The notes below the pieces were generated by a model that was given only the letters and a program-made list of their open reading frames with translations, ran no database searches and was not told the DNA's origin. Both the position numbers and the translations under genes were made by a program. A stretch of 63,634 nucleotides of DNA, the filler included, from Welwitschia mirabilis (Eukaryota): assembly GCA_051453625.1 (NCBI GenBank). It is 5 parts of one record of this genome, joined end to end, with 100 filler letters (N's around TTAATTAATTAA, not from the genome) between each part and the next. Parts side by side here need not be neighbours in the genome. Positions count along the whole stretch, not along the records: positions 49,653 to 63,634 come from JBOZIK010000001.1; 4 more parts are not named here. One strand, written 5' to 3'. Positions within the stretch are counted from its first letter, which is position 1, and each line of letters begins with the position of its first letter. Of the stretch, positions 49,998-62,969 are shown piece by piece.

Positions 49998-52525
49998 TGT
50001 CATGTCCAAATTTTTAATTTTCTTATAAAATTTACAAGTTTATGTTTAATGAAATATTTGGAAAATTTTGAATTACTTGAAACCACAATTGTGGTAAATG
50101 ATATGATTCTTGAAATGCATTCTTATTAAATTGCAATATGACTACCATTTTATGTAAATGTTTGTACCTAATTTTTATATGCTCTTGTGGTAAAAATGAT
50201 ATCTTTTATTTACTTATGAAATTAAAAGTAAATCTTGAATTAAATGTATACTCTGGGAACATGTTATTTATTCCTTTTTCTCATTATTAAATGTGAAGAA
50301 TTATCTTTATTATATTATTAAAAGCACCCAGTGGCCAGGCAATCATTTATGAGATGGTATGTAACCCCTATTTTAACTGCCCTCATTCATAATATTTTAT
50401 ATTTATATGCAAGGAATCTTTACCAACTTTTGTTTTGTCCTTATATTTTTGTGACTCTTCACATTTCATGAAACCTTAATTATAAATAGAGTCCTCCTTC
50501 TTCTTTTTCCCTCACTTTCATTTAGAAGAACCTTTTGCTATTGAGTCTTGGAGCCTGAAAAGGTATTGAAGACTTGCAAATATCTTGAGTTCTTATTAAA
50601 AATCAATATGATCCTTTACCTTTTTATGCTTTCTTATTGGTCCTTCATTTTACATTTTCTATTAAAATTGTCAAATCTATATTTGGATTTATTCTCTTGA
50701 AATCTTCTTAATAGTCCTCCTTATGCATTTACTTGTTGAAATCAATGCGTATGTATTCATGTAAGATAGTTATTAAATCATGTATTACTTGAATAAGAAA
50801 AACCCTATGTTGATACATATCTCATCTCTATCTACCTATCCTTAATTTCTTAAAGTATCTTCTTGTATGAGATGAACATTTATGNNNNNNNNNNNNNNNN
50901 NNNNNNNNNNNNNNNNNNNNNNNNNNNNNNNNNNNNNNNNNNNNNNNNNNNNNNNNNNNNNNNNNNNNNNNNNNNNNNNNNNNNTTCTTAAAGTATCTTC
51001 TTGTATGAGATGAACATTTATGAGAAAATTTATTCATGAAGTTATCCTCTTGGTAAGGTATATTGTTGTGGTTAAACTTCTTTAGCTTCATAACATTATT
51101 TTATCTTAGAAATCATAGAAGAGAAAATCCCACAGATCATCGAATGAGGTAGTGGAGATATCATATTACCACAGATTGTCGAATGAGGTAGTGGGCTTCA
51201 TAGATCGCCAAATGAGGCAGTGAAGTTAATGATAATTGAGAGTACCATAGATCGTCGAATGAGACAGTGGACTTCATAGATCGCTAAATGAGGTAGTGAA
51301 GTTAATGAAGATTGAGAGTACCATAGATCACCGAATGAGGCAGTGGACTTCACAGATTGCCAAATTAGGCAGTGAAGTAAAATATTATATGAGAACCATA
51401 GATTACCGAATGAGGTAGTGAGCTTTATAGACCACTAAATGAAACAGTAAAGTTAATAATGATTGAAATTATATAGTTGATATTCTCATTAATAACCGTA
51501 AGCTCATTATTTGTGTATGTCTTGGATTTCTTGATAGTCTTGAATTATTTATTTTTGTCTCAATCCTTAAAGCATCATGCCAAAATACCTATTTTTGTCT
51601 GGAACATACTAGAGGCTGTGAGATTTTCATAGCTCTCATTTCATATCTTTTTGTGATAGGTGGTAAATTTGAGTCTAATTGCTGAGATGGGCATAAGTTT
51701 ATGAAGGATTATTGGATCTATATTGGTGGAAAAATATTCTAATTAAATGTATCTCTTTTTTTTGCTATGGGAGTTAAATACCTAAATACATGAACATGCA
51801 ATGTGTTATTTGTTATTATAAAGAGAAAAATATTCTATTTATTCATAAAATGTGTGGCTTGCAGTAATTGAGGTTTACTTGAAAATTTTATAATACATGG
51901 GATGATGATTTTCCTTCTTGAAATTTTGCAATAAAACTTGTTATTTGAAGGTTAAATTTTCCTATTATTATCTAATGAATTTGATTAAAATCTTGAATCT
52001 TGTCCATGTATTTATAAGATATTTTATTTTTATCAAATGGAAAAAAATTGTAAAATTTGAGATTCTTTTGGAATGATCTTGAATCTTATATATTATTATT
52101 GTTCAAAAGTGGAAAGTTGTACAATGTTTTATTGAAAAATCTTGATAAGGATTCATGACTAATTGAAGTTTTCCTCGAGTATATTTGTTCTCGATAAATC
52201 ATCCTTTAATGTGATCAAGAGACCTTTTCTTAAGGCCCACAAAAAAAAAAAAAAAAAAAAAAATAACTTAAGGTATCCACCTTAAGAAGGGCCATTATTA
52301 AGGAAGTTACAAATTCTTGAGATGAATGTTACAAAGTTTAAACTTTCTATCAATAATATAAATAGTTTTTAATTAATGCTTTTGATAATGAAAATAACAA
52401 GGTTTAATATCTTACTAAATAAGTAATGTTTATAAGTTTAGAAAAAGAAATGTAGGCATCACATTTGATATCAGAGCATTATAGTTTATGGAGATTTTTC
52501 AATAGTAGAATTCTAGGTTATTACA
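49998..52525 (+). repeat. 5' LTR (~2.5 kb)
   Basis: Direct repeat of 60370-62964; followed by tt+tggtatcatagtgc PBS. Confidence 0.92.
51130..51449 (+). repeat. tandem array of nine 24-26-bp units (CCACAGATCRCCGAATGAGGCAGTGG) with ~76-bp higher-order period
   Basis: Units at 51130, 51169, 51199, 51245, 51275, 51321, 51351, 51396 and 51426, with mostly alternating ~4-5-bp and ~21-bp spacers. Confidence 0.95.
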
Positions 52526-52527
52526 TT

Positions 52528-52541
52528 TGGTATCATAGTGC
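52528..52541 (+). promoter_or_regulatory. primer-binding site (tRNA-iMet type)
   Basis: tggtatcatag, 2 bp after the LTR-terminal CA; matches TGGTATCAGAG with one mismatch. Confidence 0.8.
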
Positions 52542-55130
52542 CTAGGTTTTGACTTTCGCTGGGCATAATTACTAATGAGTTTTNNNNNNNNNNNNNNNNN
52601 NNNNNNNNNNNNNNNNNNNNNNNNNNNNNNNNNNNNNNNNNNNNNNNNNNNNNNNNNNNNNNNNNNNNNNNNNNNNNNNNNNNNNNNNNNNNNNNNNNNN
52701 NNNNNNNNNNNNNNNNNNNNNNNNNNNNNNNNNNNNNNNNNNNNNNNNNNNNNNNNNNNNNNNNNNNNNNNNNNNNNNNNNNNNNNNNNNNNNNNNNNNG
52801 CATAGCCCCCCCATATGTAATGCCTTATCTTGGTGGTAAGAAGAATCAAACCGCCCAACCATCTTTTGTCTTCACTCCTCTTTGATTATTACATCAGTGT
52901 TGGAAGATGTTAGGAAAAGCAAACATTCTTTAATATGAGATTCATCCATTGAATCATAAGAATAGAAGAGGGATGAATGGCATCTGATAACAGTCTGTTA
53001 TGGATGTACAGACACCATATTCATGAAGAATGTGAAAACCGCAAAACAACCAAAGTGATCATCAGTGCAGATTACTAGCAAACATGTAACGTGCTTGATC
53101 ATCATTACGGATTGCCAAAAGATATGTAATGCCTTCATCATTCATTCACAAACTTATTGCCTTGTTATTCTATCTCCTTAAGAAATACCTATCAACAATA
53201 TTATTCATGAATTTGCTAGCCATGAACAAGGTTAAGATGCTAGTAACAGATGGATGAAAGAAGTATTATCTACAAATGCCAGTTGCAGAGCCAACAACAA
53301 GTGATTATGGTGTTAAGTATAGCACAGCTAATGGGTAAGAAAAATAATGTAGAAATTAAGATTGCTTTAGGGTTTTGAGAATATTTATCTTTCTTAATGA
53401 CTAATAATTTTCATTGAAAATCTACAAATTGCATTGAGTTTGGATGTTGTCTAAGAATCTTGGTATCCATCTTTAGTATTTTCTTCATCTCTGCAGTTTG
53501 ACCCTTTTCTGTTAACAATATTGCAATTTGTATTTTTTTCACCTAATTTTGAGCTTATTCATAGTGGCCTTCACTGTTACTCTCTAATTGACAGGTCTTG
53601 TTATTAGGCTTTTAGTTTTGAGAAGTNNNNNNNNNNNNNNNNNNNNNNNNNNNNNNNNNNNNNNNNNNNNNNNNNNNNNNNNNNNNNNNNNNNNNNNNNN
53701 NNNNNNNNNNNNNNNNNNNNNNNNNNTGGAAAAAAAAGAAAGAAAAACCCATGGAAACACATTAGGTCCTAGGCTATGTTGCAACAAACATAGTTCAATG
53801 TGGATATGGATTTTTCTAGCCTAGGGCAGGTGGCTATCACATCAAAACTAAAGAATAAGATTAGAGGCCAAAAGCTAACCCTCAGAGTTGCAGCCTAGAT
53901 AGCATATGGATTCTAGTGCCAAGGGAAGATAGTATCATGAATAGGAAATTTACTGCCTTTGAAAGGTCAAATAAACCTATGAGTCAAGGTTCAATACTGA
54001 GGAAAGGATCANNNNNNNNNNNNNNNNNNNNNNNNNNNNNNNNNNNNNNNNNNNNNNNNNNNNNNNNNNNNNNNNNNNNNNNNNNNNNNNNNNNNNNNNN
54101 NNNNNNNNNNNNNNNNNNNNNNNNNNNNNNNNNNNNNNNNNNNNNNNNNNNNNNNNNNNNNNNNNNNNNNNNNNNNNNNNNNNNNNNNNNNNNNNNNNNN
54201 NNNNNNNNNNNNNNNNNNNNNNNNNNNNNNNNNNNNNNNNNNNNNNNNNNNNNNNNNNNNNNNNNNNNNNNNNNNNNNNNNNNNNNNNNNNNNNNNNNNN
54301 NNNNNNNNNNNNNNNNNNNNNNNNNNNNNNNNNNNNNNNNNNNNNNNNNNNNNNNNNNNNNNNNNNNNNNNNNNNNNNNNNNNNNNNNNNNNNNNNNNNN
54401 NNNNNNNNNNNNNNNNNNNNNNNNNNNNNNNNNNNNNNNNNNNNNNNNNNNNNNNNNNNNNNNNNNNNNNNNNNNNNNNNNNNNNNNNNNNNNNNNNNNN
54501 NNNNNNNNNNNNNNNNNNNNNNNNNNNNNNNNNNNNNNNNNNNNNNNNNNNNNNNNNNNNNNNNNNNNNNNNNNNNNNNNNNNNNNNNNNNNNNNNNNNN
54601 NNNNNNNNNNNNNNNNNNNNNNNNNNNNNNNNNNNNNNNNNNNNNNNNNNNNNNNNNNNNNNNNNNNNNNNNNNNNNNNNNNNNNNNNNNNNNNNNNNNN
54701 NNNNNNNNNNNNNNNNNNNNNNNNNNNNNNNNNNNNNNNNNNNNNNNNNNNNNNNNNNNNNNNNNNNNNNNNNNNNNNNNNNNNNNNNNNNNNNNNNNNN
54801 NNNNNNNNNNNNNNNNNNNNNNNNNNNNNNNNNNNNNNNNNNNNNNNNNNNNNNNNNNNNNNNNNNNNNNNNNNNNNNNNNNNNNNNNNNNNNNNNNNNA
54901 AGGAACTCTAAGGAGGAGGAAAATGGAAAGATAGTATCATGAATAGGAAATTTACTGCCTTTGAAAGGTCAAATAAACCTATGAGTCAAGTTTCAATAAT
55001 GAGGAAAGGATCAGGCATAACAAGAATTGGTAGAGAGTATGATAGTACTTTGTCAAATCATGAAATTTTCCTGTGTATTCCATTATGCATTTGGTCAGAC
55101 GCGAAAATCAAAGTTTTTATTTTATGCTCA

Positions 55131-55131
55131 A

Positions 55132-55180
<49 letters not shown>

Positions 55181-55280
55181 NNNNNNNNNNNNNNNNNNNN
55201 NNNNNNNNNNNNNNNNNNNNNNNNNNNNNNNNNNNNNNNNNNNNNNNNNNNNNNNNNNNNNNNNNNNNNNNNNNNNNNNN

Positions 55281-55352
<72 letters not shown>
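55131..55352. repeat. (GA)n microsatellite spanning a gap
   Basis: Near-perfect GA runs on both sides of 100 N. Confidence 0.97.
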
Positions 55353-55353
<1 letters not shown>

Positions 55354-58300
55354 ATTTGATGTATCTCAAAATGGAGTCCTAATCTTTCACTTAGTAACTG
55401 CATTACAATATTCAGTTAGCGGTTCATGTTTGAGATGGAGGAATCAAGAGATTAAAGTGCAAGAAAATTTCTAAATGAAAATGGAGATGAGAAAGTACAA
55501 GAAAATACTTTAATTTGTCTTGGAAATTCCTATATAGGAAGATTACCATCATACGAAGGTGCTCATTTTGTTGTTAAAGTGCTAAAAATGAAAATGAGTG
55601 AGCAAGATATCATACACAATTATAGAGTTTGAAAATTATTCAGAATAATGCTTTTAAACTATTATGGTGTAGATGGCTGGGTGAGATAAAGATTCTCTAA
55701 AGAGCCTTACGCAATCAGACCCAGCAACATGCTAAGTAACAGATAGATGTTAGGAAGCACACTTTGACATTAGTTAGTGCTTCCTTTTCAATCATAGGAT
55801 AAATATCGATTTCATCTTTGTTGGGTTGATTTAAATGGAGATAGAAGGGTACCAGTGTATCTGTTGAGTTTCTCACTATTAGTTTTGGATCCACTTTAAA
55901 ATTTTCAATTACACGAGAATATTCTATTTACCTATTAAAGGGATTTCTTACTCTAGATTTAGTAGGAAGAACTTCCTCCCTATTTACTCAAAATAGAATT
56001 CATCAATCTTTTTTTTCCTATAGTGCTACACACTAATTGAGCATAAGTAAAATGAAAAAGCTTCTAAAGAGTTGCAGGCTTAGATATATCAAGAATAGGA
56101 ATTTCAAGCAGATATGCACAAGTTCATGGGATTTCTTGAATCATTGCTACATATTAGAATTAAGACTTATGAAAGCTTCTGGTTAGATCAAAAGAGATCA
56201 CAAAATCAAGTTATTAGAAACTAAAGCTCAAAAACCACTAAGCACTATTGCTCCAGAATGTTGATGATCTTGGATATACAATGCTTGCAACATAAGAGTC
56301 ATATTCATATTCTTTAAAAATCACCAATGGTACCAGTCTTTACAGCGACATGCGATTGAAACCATAAAACTCACAAGCCTTAGAATTAGTGATGTATCAA
56401 ACCAATACATATAGAGATATACAAAGCATAGATGAGACATTGATGTCTATCTCAAAATAAGTTGTTAAAGATTAAAAGAATGAGACTTAAAAATTTATTT
56501 TTGGTTACAACCAAATTCTTAAGACTGTTATTAACCTTAGAAAGGTTTAGCACAAACAACTTATTCTAAAATACAAAGTAATATTTTTAACATAATAAGC
56601 ATCGATATATGGTCCTATGGTTGAGTTCATGCTATGCAGGTTCTAATTAAGTAACATCCTGATGCATGCATTCTAGCATCATAAACAAGAGTGTAGAATA
56701 CAAGAGGTTTATTTTGAGTTACTTAGTTCTTTAACTCGATTACTAAATTCACTAAATCAAACATTTGCATATGCAACATAAGTTATCCCTGCATAAAAAG
56801 ATGTTATTATAAGTTCATTATGGATTTTAAAGATAGAAGAAGCGGTTTTTTGTAATGAAGAAAGATAAGCATATACTAATCTTCTATTGAGAAATCTCTC
56901 ATACTTATTCTCTATTGCTTGAGAAACATTCTAATAGGAAATCATTACAAATAGTAAGATACTTGCACATTAAAATAGAATGAATTAGAAAATTCTTTAA
57001 AAAAAATTCTCGACTTATAGACAGATACATATGTGTTAAGATTAGAAATCGGAACCTTTAGAGATAATGCAGTTCATCACAATTTTCAATGGAAAAAGGA
57101 ATTTTGTTTCTGACTCAAATTTTTAAATCTGCAAATCTCCTCTAGCTTGATCTCATTAAATCATATGAAATATTCTAATCTTTCAATTCTCTCTGTGAAA
57201 TGGAAAGTAATTCGAAGAATTTCCATCTGAATTTCAACAATAGCAATAGCAAGGACAAAGAAGTGAGTGCAAGAATGACCTTGTAGAATCTTAAAAAAAA
57301 AAAAATCTCACCATTTTGAGGAGGCTTTGAAGATTTTATCCTAGATCAGGTGAGATTTGTGAAAACTAAAATGAAATAGATCACTAATAATAATAAGAAG
57401 AATGCATTTCCATGCTTCATAACTTTGAATTCTACAAATTCCTTCTCCATCACGAATCAACATAAAACATAACTGCCTTTTTCAAGAGAAGTAAGAGCAC
57501 TGACTTGGAATCCTTACAGCCAAAGGCCTATGGTGTTTACCTGAGATTTTTATTACTAAATCTAGTAAAATATATTCCTCTGTGAGTCTTCTTATTCTTT
57601 CAACCCTAAGAAACCTAACTGGATTAAGGGATAGAATAAGAATCCTAACCCTAAGTTTTGCACGGTGTAGAGATCAAAATCCTATGGACATGCACTGTTT
57701 ACTCTAAGGAATATGACCTTGTTTCTTATCAAAGTAAGAAAATTAGGAGAAATCATGGTCAAAGAATCTCCTTTAGCTCTCGCACCAGGTATTCCTAGCC
57801 TGAATCGATGATAAATCAAGCCGTCCTTATAACTCATTGAAATGAAATGGGAGTTGATGGCTATGGCTTGTAATCCATCTAAAACCTTTTTCAAATATAG
57901 ATTATTTCAATGAACTTGAGCATGCCACTCAACCTTCTTCATTTTTTCTAGTCATTTCAAAATGATAAACCCTAGTGTATTTATTAATACTATTGAAGAT
58001 AGGGCTAAGGGAAAATGAGAATAATTTTTAGGGCTAGGCAGAGCACACGTAATTGAGGACTTAGTGAAGTTTTATTATGGCAATAACTTGGAGATTACTT
58101 CATAGTGACTTCAGGATTATAGAGCTTTATGTGGATGTCATCATAGAATTTCAACATAACTTAAGCTAAGAACATCCCATGACTAGTGGATGCATGCCCT
58201 CACCATGCTGTCCACCTAATTATCCACCCCATTATTCTTTCCCTCAAGCGTTATGGCTTCCCCTTTGTGCATGGCCTTCTCAAGCACAATGATGACTGTA

Positions 58301-60189
58301 AGGACATCGACAAGGATGTCTATAAAGATGTAGCACATTCATAGACAGTGGAATGTTTAGGACATGATAAAAATAGAGATTGCGCACATTGCTCAGCTTG
58401 TAACTTTACTTTATTGTAGGTAATAAAATAATAGATCTAATCTTCCTCACCTAAATTGCCATAGAGAATAGCTTAATTTGAAAAAAAGAGGATGTATGAC
58501 CATCCTTTTTCCTTTGTTTCATAGAAGAGAATCCATGATATAGCAAGGATTAAATTGCCTCCTCACAATTTCTAAAATGTCCTCATGTAAGTGGTCCCTT
58601 TAATTTTTACTCTATTTTATAAAATTTCTTATTTCCCAGCTTAAGCTAGAAGGATGTGATTCCCTTTTATGATGTGTGAGTATTCTAATGCCATTAGAGT
58701 ATTATAATAATAATAGTTTAAAAAAAGTGAGGAAACCATGTAGTTGGTACCTGTTGACATGTCATTGATACTTACTTATCAATTCCTCTGCTATAAAGTT
58801 TTATTGCATATTTTTTCCTTCCTATTATATTTTACTTCTTCACTTGAAAATTTACCACCATATCTTACTTTTAGTACAATTAATAAGTTTAATAGTATTC
58901 ACAGAGGTTTACCAATATTATGCCCATGGATTTAGAAGCTTATATATTCCCCTAAGAATAGTTTAGTCTCACGAATGACTTATACAAACATTATGAATAT
59001 GCCTTTAGATGAAGCTATTCATACTTTCTGAACTTTATTTATAGGAATCTATCAATTAAAAAAACAAAGAAGATGCCTTTTTCACCCTTATTTTAGATGT
59101 CATCAAATATTTCACATAAGTTTTATTTATGGTTGTCTTTGTATACCATCTCATCCTTTTCAATCATGTTAATGTTATTTAAACTTAAACATGTAAATTA
59201 AAATCTACATTTGAGAAGTAAATTTCAGTTTTGTCATTTTTTTGATGTTACCTTAATATTTATGTTGTACTTAGAAGGTTAGTTACCCATGATTTTCTAT
59301 CAATAAGTGTTAAGAACCTTATCTTTAATTTACCAAGTGTTATATTGTACAAATTAATCTTTGAAATAAAAATTCAACTAGATATAGAAGTAGAAGTCTC
59401 GAAGAGACATTGAAAGAAGCACATAACAAAGGAGTGTGGTGTGGAAGAGATCTATAATTTTTTGGGCTTAAGGTTAAGGAATTTCTACATAACAACTTCA
59501 GAAGTGTGTGTTACAATTTAAAGTAAAAGATTGTTGTGTTATCATATTTGAGTTGCAGTTTTGGACTTAATGGTTTATACACATTTTCTTTGCTCAACAT
59601 AAGGAGGTTATTGAGATGTTTTGGCTTATGAAATTAAATGGTTTAGCTTATTTGTAAGTGTATTCAACTATTTTCTTAGAAATTCCTTACATAAGAAATA
59701 TGCTAGTTCATAAAATTTGCCTAATTAANNNNNNNNNNNNNNNNNNNNNNNNNNNNNNNNNNNNNNNNNNNNNNNNNNNNNNNNNNNNNNNNNNNNNNNN
59801 NNNNNNNNNNNNNNNNNNNNNNNNNNNNNNNNNNNNNNNNNNNNNNNNNNNNNNNNNNNNNNNNNNNNNNNNNNNNNNNNNNNNNNNNNNNNNNNNNNNN
59901 NNNNNNNNNNNNNNNNNNNNNNNNNNNNNNNNNNNNNNNNNNNNNNNNNNNNNNNNNNNNNNNNNNNNNNNNNNNNNNNNNNNNNNNNNNNNNNNNNNNN
60001 NNNNNAATTTTATCAAAATAAAGAAGAAGGAATATGAACTTATATATATTTTTCTTTGAAGTGCTTAATAAAGTTGCTTGATCTAAGTGTATGAAAATAC
60101 CAATTATAGTTTATATTGAAAAATTAATCTTTAGGAAGAATGTGAAGATCTGTATGTCTGTAAAGGAAATCTTTGATTCATATTATGGA

Positions 60190-60321
60190 GAACATTCTCA
60201 AGATTACTATGATGCAATCAATCTATAGAAGTAGCAACTTAAGAGATAAAAGAAAATTTTAATTAGTGGAGACCTAATCTTTTAGCAAGTTTCAAGGACG
60301 AAACTTCTTAAGGAGGTGAGA
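60190..60321 (+). pseudogene. integrase chromodomain relic plus PPT
   Basis: LL*CNQSIEVAT*EIKENFN*WRPNLL resembles W.N...EEATWE.E..M...YP.LF; followed by tttcaaggacgaaacttcttaaggaggtgaga. Confidence 0.75.
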
Positions 60322-60323
60322 NN

Positions 60324-62964
60324 NNNNNNNNNNNNNNNNNNNNNNNNNNNNNNNNNNNNNNNNNNNNNNGTTTAATGAAATATTTGGAAATTTTTGAATT
60401 ACTTGAAACCCCAATTGTGGTAAATGCTATGATTCTTAAAATGCAGTCTTATTAAATTGCAATATGAATACCATTTTATGTAAATATTTGTACACAATTT
60501 TTATATGCTCTTGTGGTGAAAATGATATCTTTTATTTACTTATGCAAGTGAAAGTAAATGTTGAATTAAATGTATATTATGGGGACATGTTATTTATTCT
60601 TTTTTCTCATTATTAAATGGGAAGCATTATCTTTATTATATTATTAAAAGCACCCGATGGCTAGGCAATCATTTATGAGACATTATGTAACACCTCTCTT
60701 AGCTACCCTCATTCAATATTTTGTATTCACATGTAAGGAATCTTTACCAACTTTCATTTTGTCCTCATATTCTTATGACTCTTCACATTCCATGAAACCT
60801 TAATTATAAATAGGACCCTCCTCCCTTTTCCCTCACTTTCATTTAGGAGAACCTTTTGCTACTAAGTCTTGGATCCTAGAAAATTCTTAAAGACTTGCAA
60901 AGATCTTGAGTTCTTCTTAAAAATCGGTATGGTCCTTTACCTTTTTATGCTTTCTTGTTGGTCCTTCCTTTTACATGTTGTATTGAAATCGTCACATCTA
61001 TGTTTGAATTTATTCTCTTAAAATCTTCTTTATAGTCCTTATTATGCATTTTCTTGTTGAAATCGATGCGTATGTATTCATGTAGGATAGTTATTAAATC
61101 ATGTATTACTTGAATAAGAAAAAATCTATGTTGATACATGTCTCATATCTATCTACCTATCCTCGATTTATTGAAGTATCTTCTTGTATGAGATGAACAT
61201 TTATGAGAAAATTTATTCATGAAGTTATCCTCTTGGTAAGGTATATTATTATGGTTAAACATATTTAGCTTCATAACATTATTTTGTCTTAGACTTTACA
61301 GATCATCGAATGAGGCAGTGAAGAGAGAATCCCATAGATTACCGAATGAGGCAGTGAAGATATCATGTTACCACAGATCGTCGAATGAGGTAATGTGCTT
61401 TACACATCACCAAATGAGGTAGTGAAGTTGATGATGATTGAGAGTACAACAAATCACCTAATGAGGTAGTGAGCTTCACAGATCACTGAATGAGGCAGTG
61501 AAGTTGATGAAGATTAAGAGTACCACAGATCACTAAACGAGCAGTGGGCTTCACAGATCACCGAATGAGGTAGTGAAGTAAAATATTATATGAGAACCAT
61601 AGATTACCAAATGAGGCAGTGGACTTCGAAAACCATCGAATGAGGAAGTGAAGTTAATGATGATTGAAATTATATAGTTGATANNNNNNNNNNNNNNNNN
61701 NNNNNNNNNNNNNNNNNNNNNNNNNNNNNNNNNNNNNNNNNNNNNNNNNNNNNNNNNNNNNNNNNNNNNNNNNNNNNNNNNNNTGGGCTTCACAGATCAC
61801 CGAATGAGGTAGTGAAGTAAAATATTATATGAGAACCATAGATCACCAAATGAGGCAGTGGACTTCGAAAACCACCAAATGAGGCAGTGAAGTTAATGAT
61901 GATTGAAATTATATAGTTGATATTCTCATTAATAACCATAGGTTCATTATCTATGTATGTCTTGGATTTCTTGATAGTCTTGAACTATTTCTTTCTGTCT
62001 CGATCCTGAAAGCATCATGCCAAAATACCTATTTCTGCTTGGGTTATACTAGACGCTGTGAGATTTTCACAGTTCTTATTCCATAACTTTTTGTAATAGG
62101 TGGTAAATCTAGAGCATAAATGTTGAGATGGACATGAGTTTATGAAGGATCATTGGATCTATATTGGTGGAAAAATATTGTGATTAAATGTATTTCTTTT
62201 TTTTTGCTATGGGAGTTAAATACCTAAATACATGAACATTTAATGTATTATTTGTTATTATGAAGAGAGACAAATTCTATCTATTCATAAGATGTGTGGC
62301 TTGCAGTAATTAAGGTTTACTTGAACATTTTATAATACATGGGATGATGATTTTCCTTCTTGAAATTTTATAATAAAAATTATTATTTAAAGGTCAAATT
62401 TTCCTGTTATTATTTGATGAATTTAATTAAAATCTTAAATCTTGTCCATGTATTTATGAGATATTTTATTTTTATTAAATGGAAAAAAATTGTAAAATTT
62501 GAAAATCTTTTGAAATGATCTTGAATCTTATATATTATTATTGTTCAAAAGTGGAAAGTTGTATAATGTTTCATTGAAAAATCTTGATAAGGATTCTTGA
62601 CTAATTGAAGTTTTTCTTGAGTCTATTTATTCTTCATAAATCATCCTTTAATGTAATTAAGAAACCTTACCTTCTTCCCAAAGAAATTAAGGCCACAAAA
62701 AAAAAAAAAGGTATCCACCTTAAGGAGGGCCATTATTAAGGAAGTTACAAATACTTGAGATGAACATTACAAAGTTTAAACTTTTTATCAATAATATAGA
62801 TACTTTTTAATTTATGATTTTGATAAGGGAAATAATGAGGATTTAATCCCTTACTAAATAAGTGATGTTTATAAGTTTAGAAAAAGAAAAGTAGGCATCA
62901 CATTTGCTATCAGAGCATTATAGTTTATGGAGATTTTTTAACGGTATAATTCTAGATCATTACA
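60324..62964 (+). repeat. 3' LTR (first ~46 bp in gap); contains the same array (61297-61650, ten units)
   Basis: Direct repeat of the 5' LTR; ends atcattaca, followed by TSD attaa and no PBS. Confidence 0.92.
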
Positions 62965-62969
62965 ATTAA

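Larger units (their letters stand above)
49998..62964 (+). mobile_element. complete Tekay/Del-like chromovirus-derived LTR element, non-coding (LARD-like), with ATTAA TSD
   Basis: TG..CA termini (tgtcatgtcc / atcattaca); TSD attaa at 49993-49997 and 62965-62969. LTRs 49998-52525 and ~60324-62964; PBS tggtatcatag at 52528; chromodomain relic; tttcaaggacgaaac..taaggaggtgaga PPT signature. Confidence 0.9.

Noticed and set aside
54939-55474. ORFs with ER/SL dipeptide runs
   Set aside because: Translation of the (GA)n microsatellite and N gap.
57682-57894. 70-aa minus-strand ORF near telo-box-like motifs as a host gene
   Set aside because: No recognisable domain and no consistent exon chain could be built; kept only as possible cargo.
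61597-61650. Possible hammerhead ribozyme (retrozyme-like) ..atgag..ttcgaaa..
   Set aside because: Consensus is CCGAATGA rather than CTGATGA, and GAAA occurs in only one unit of one LTR.
61297-61923. CRISPR-like repeat/spacer look of the LTR array
   Set aside because: Spacers are themselves repeated and alternate in length, repeats are degenerate, there are no cas genes, and the context is a plant LTR.
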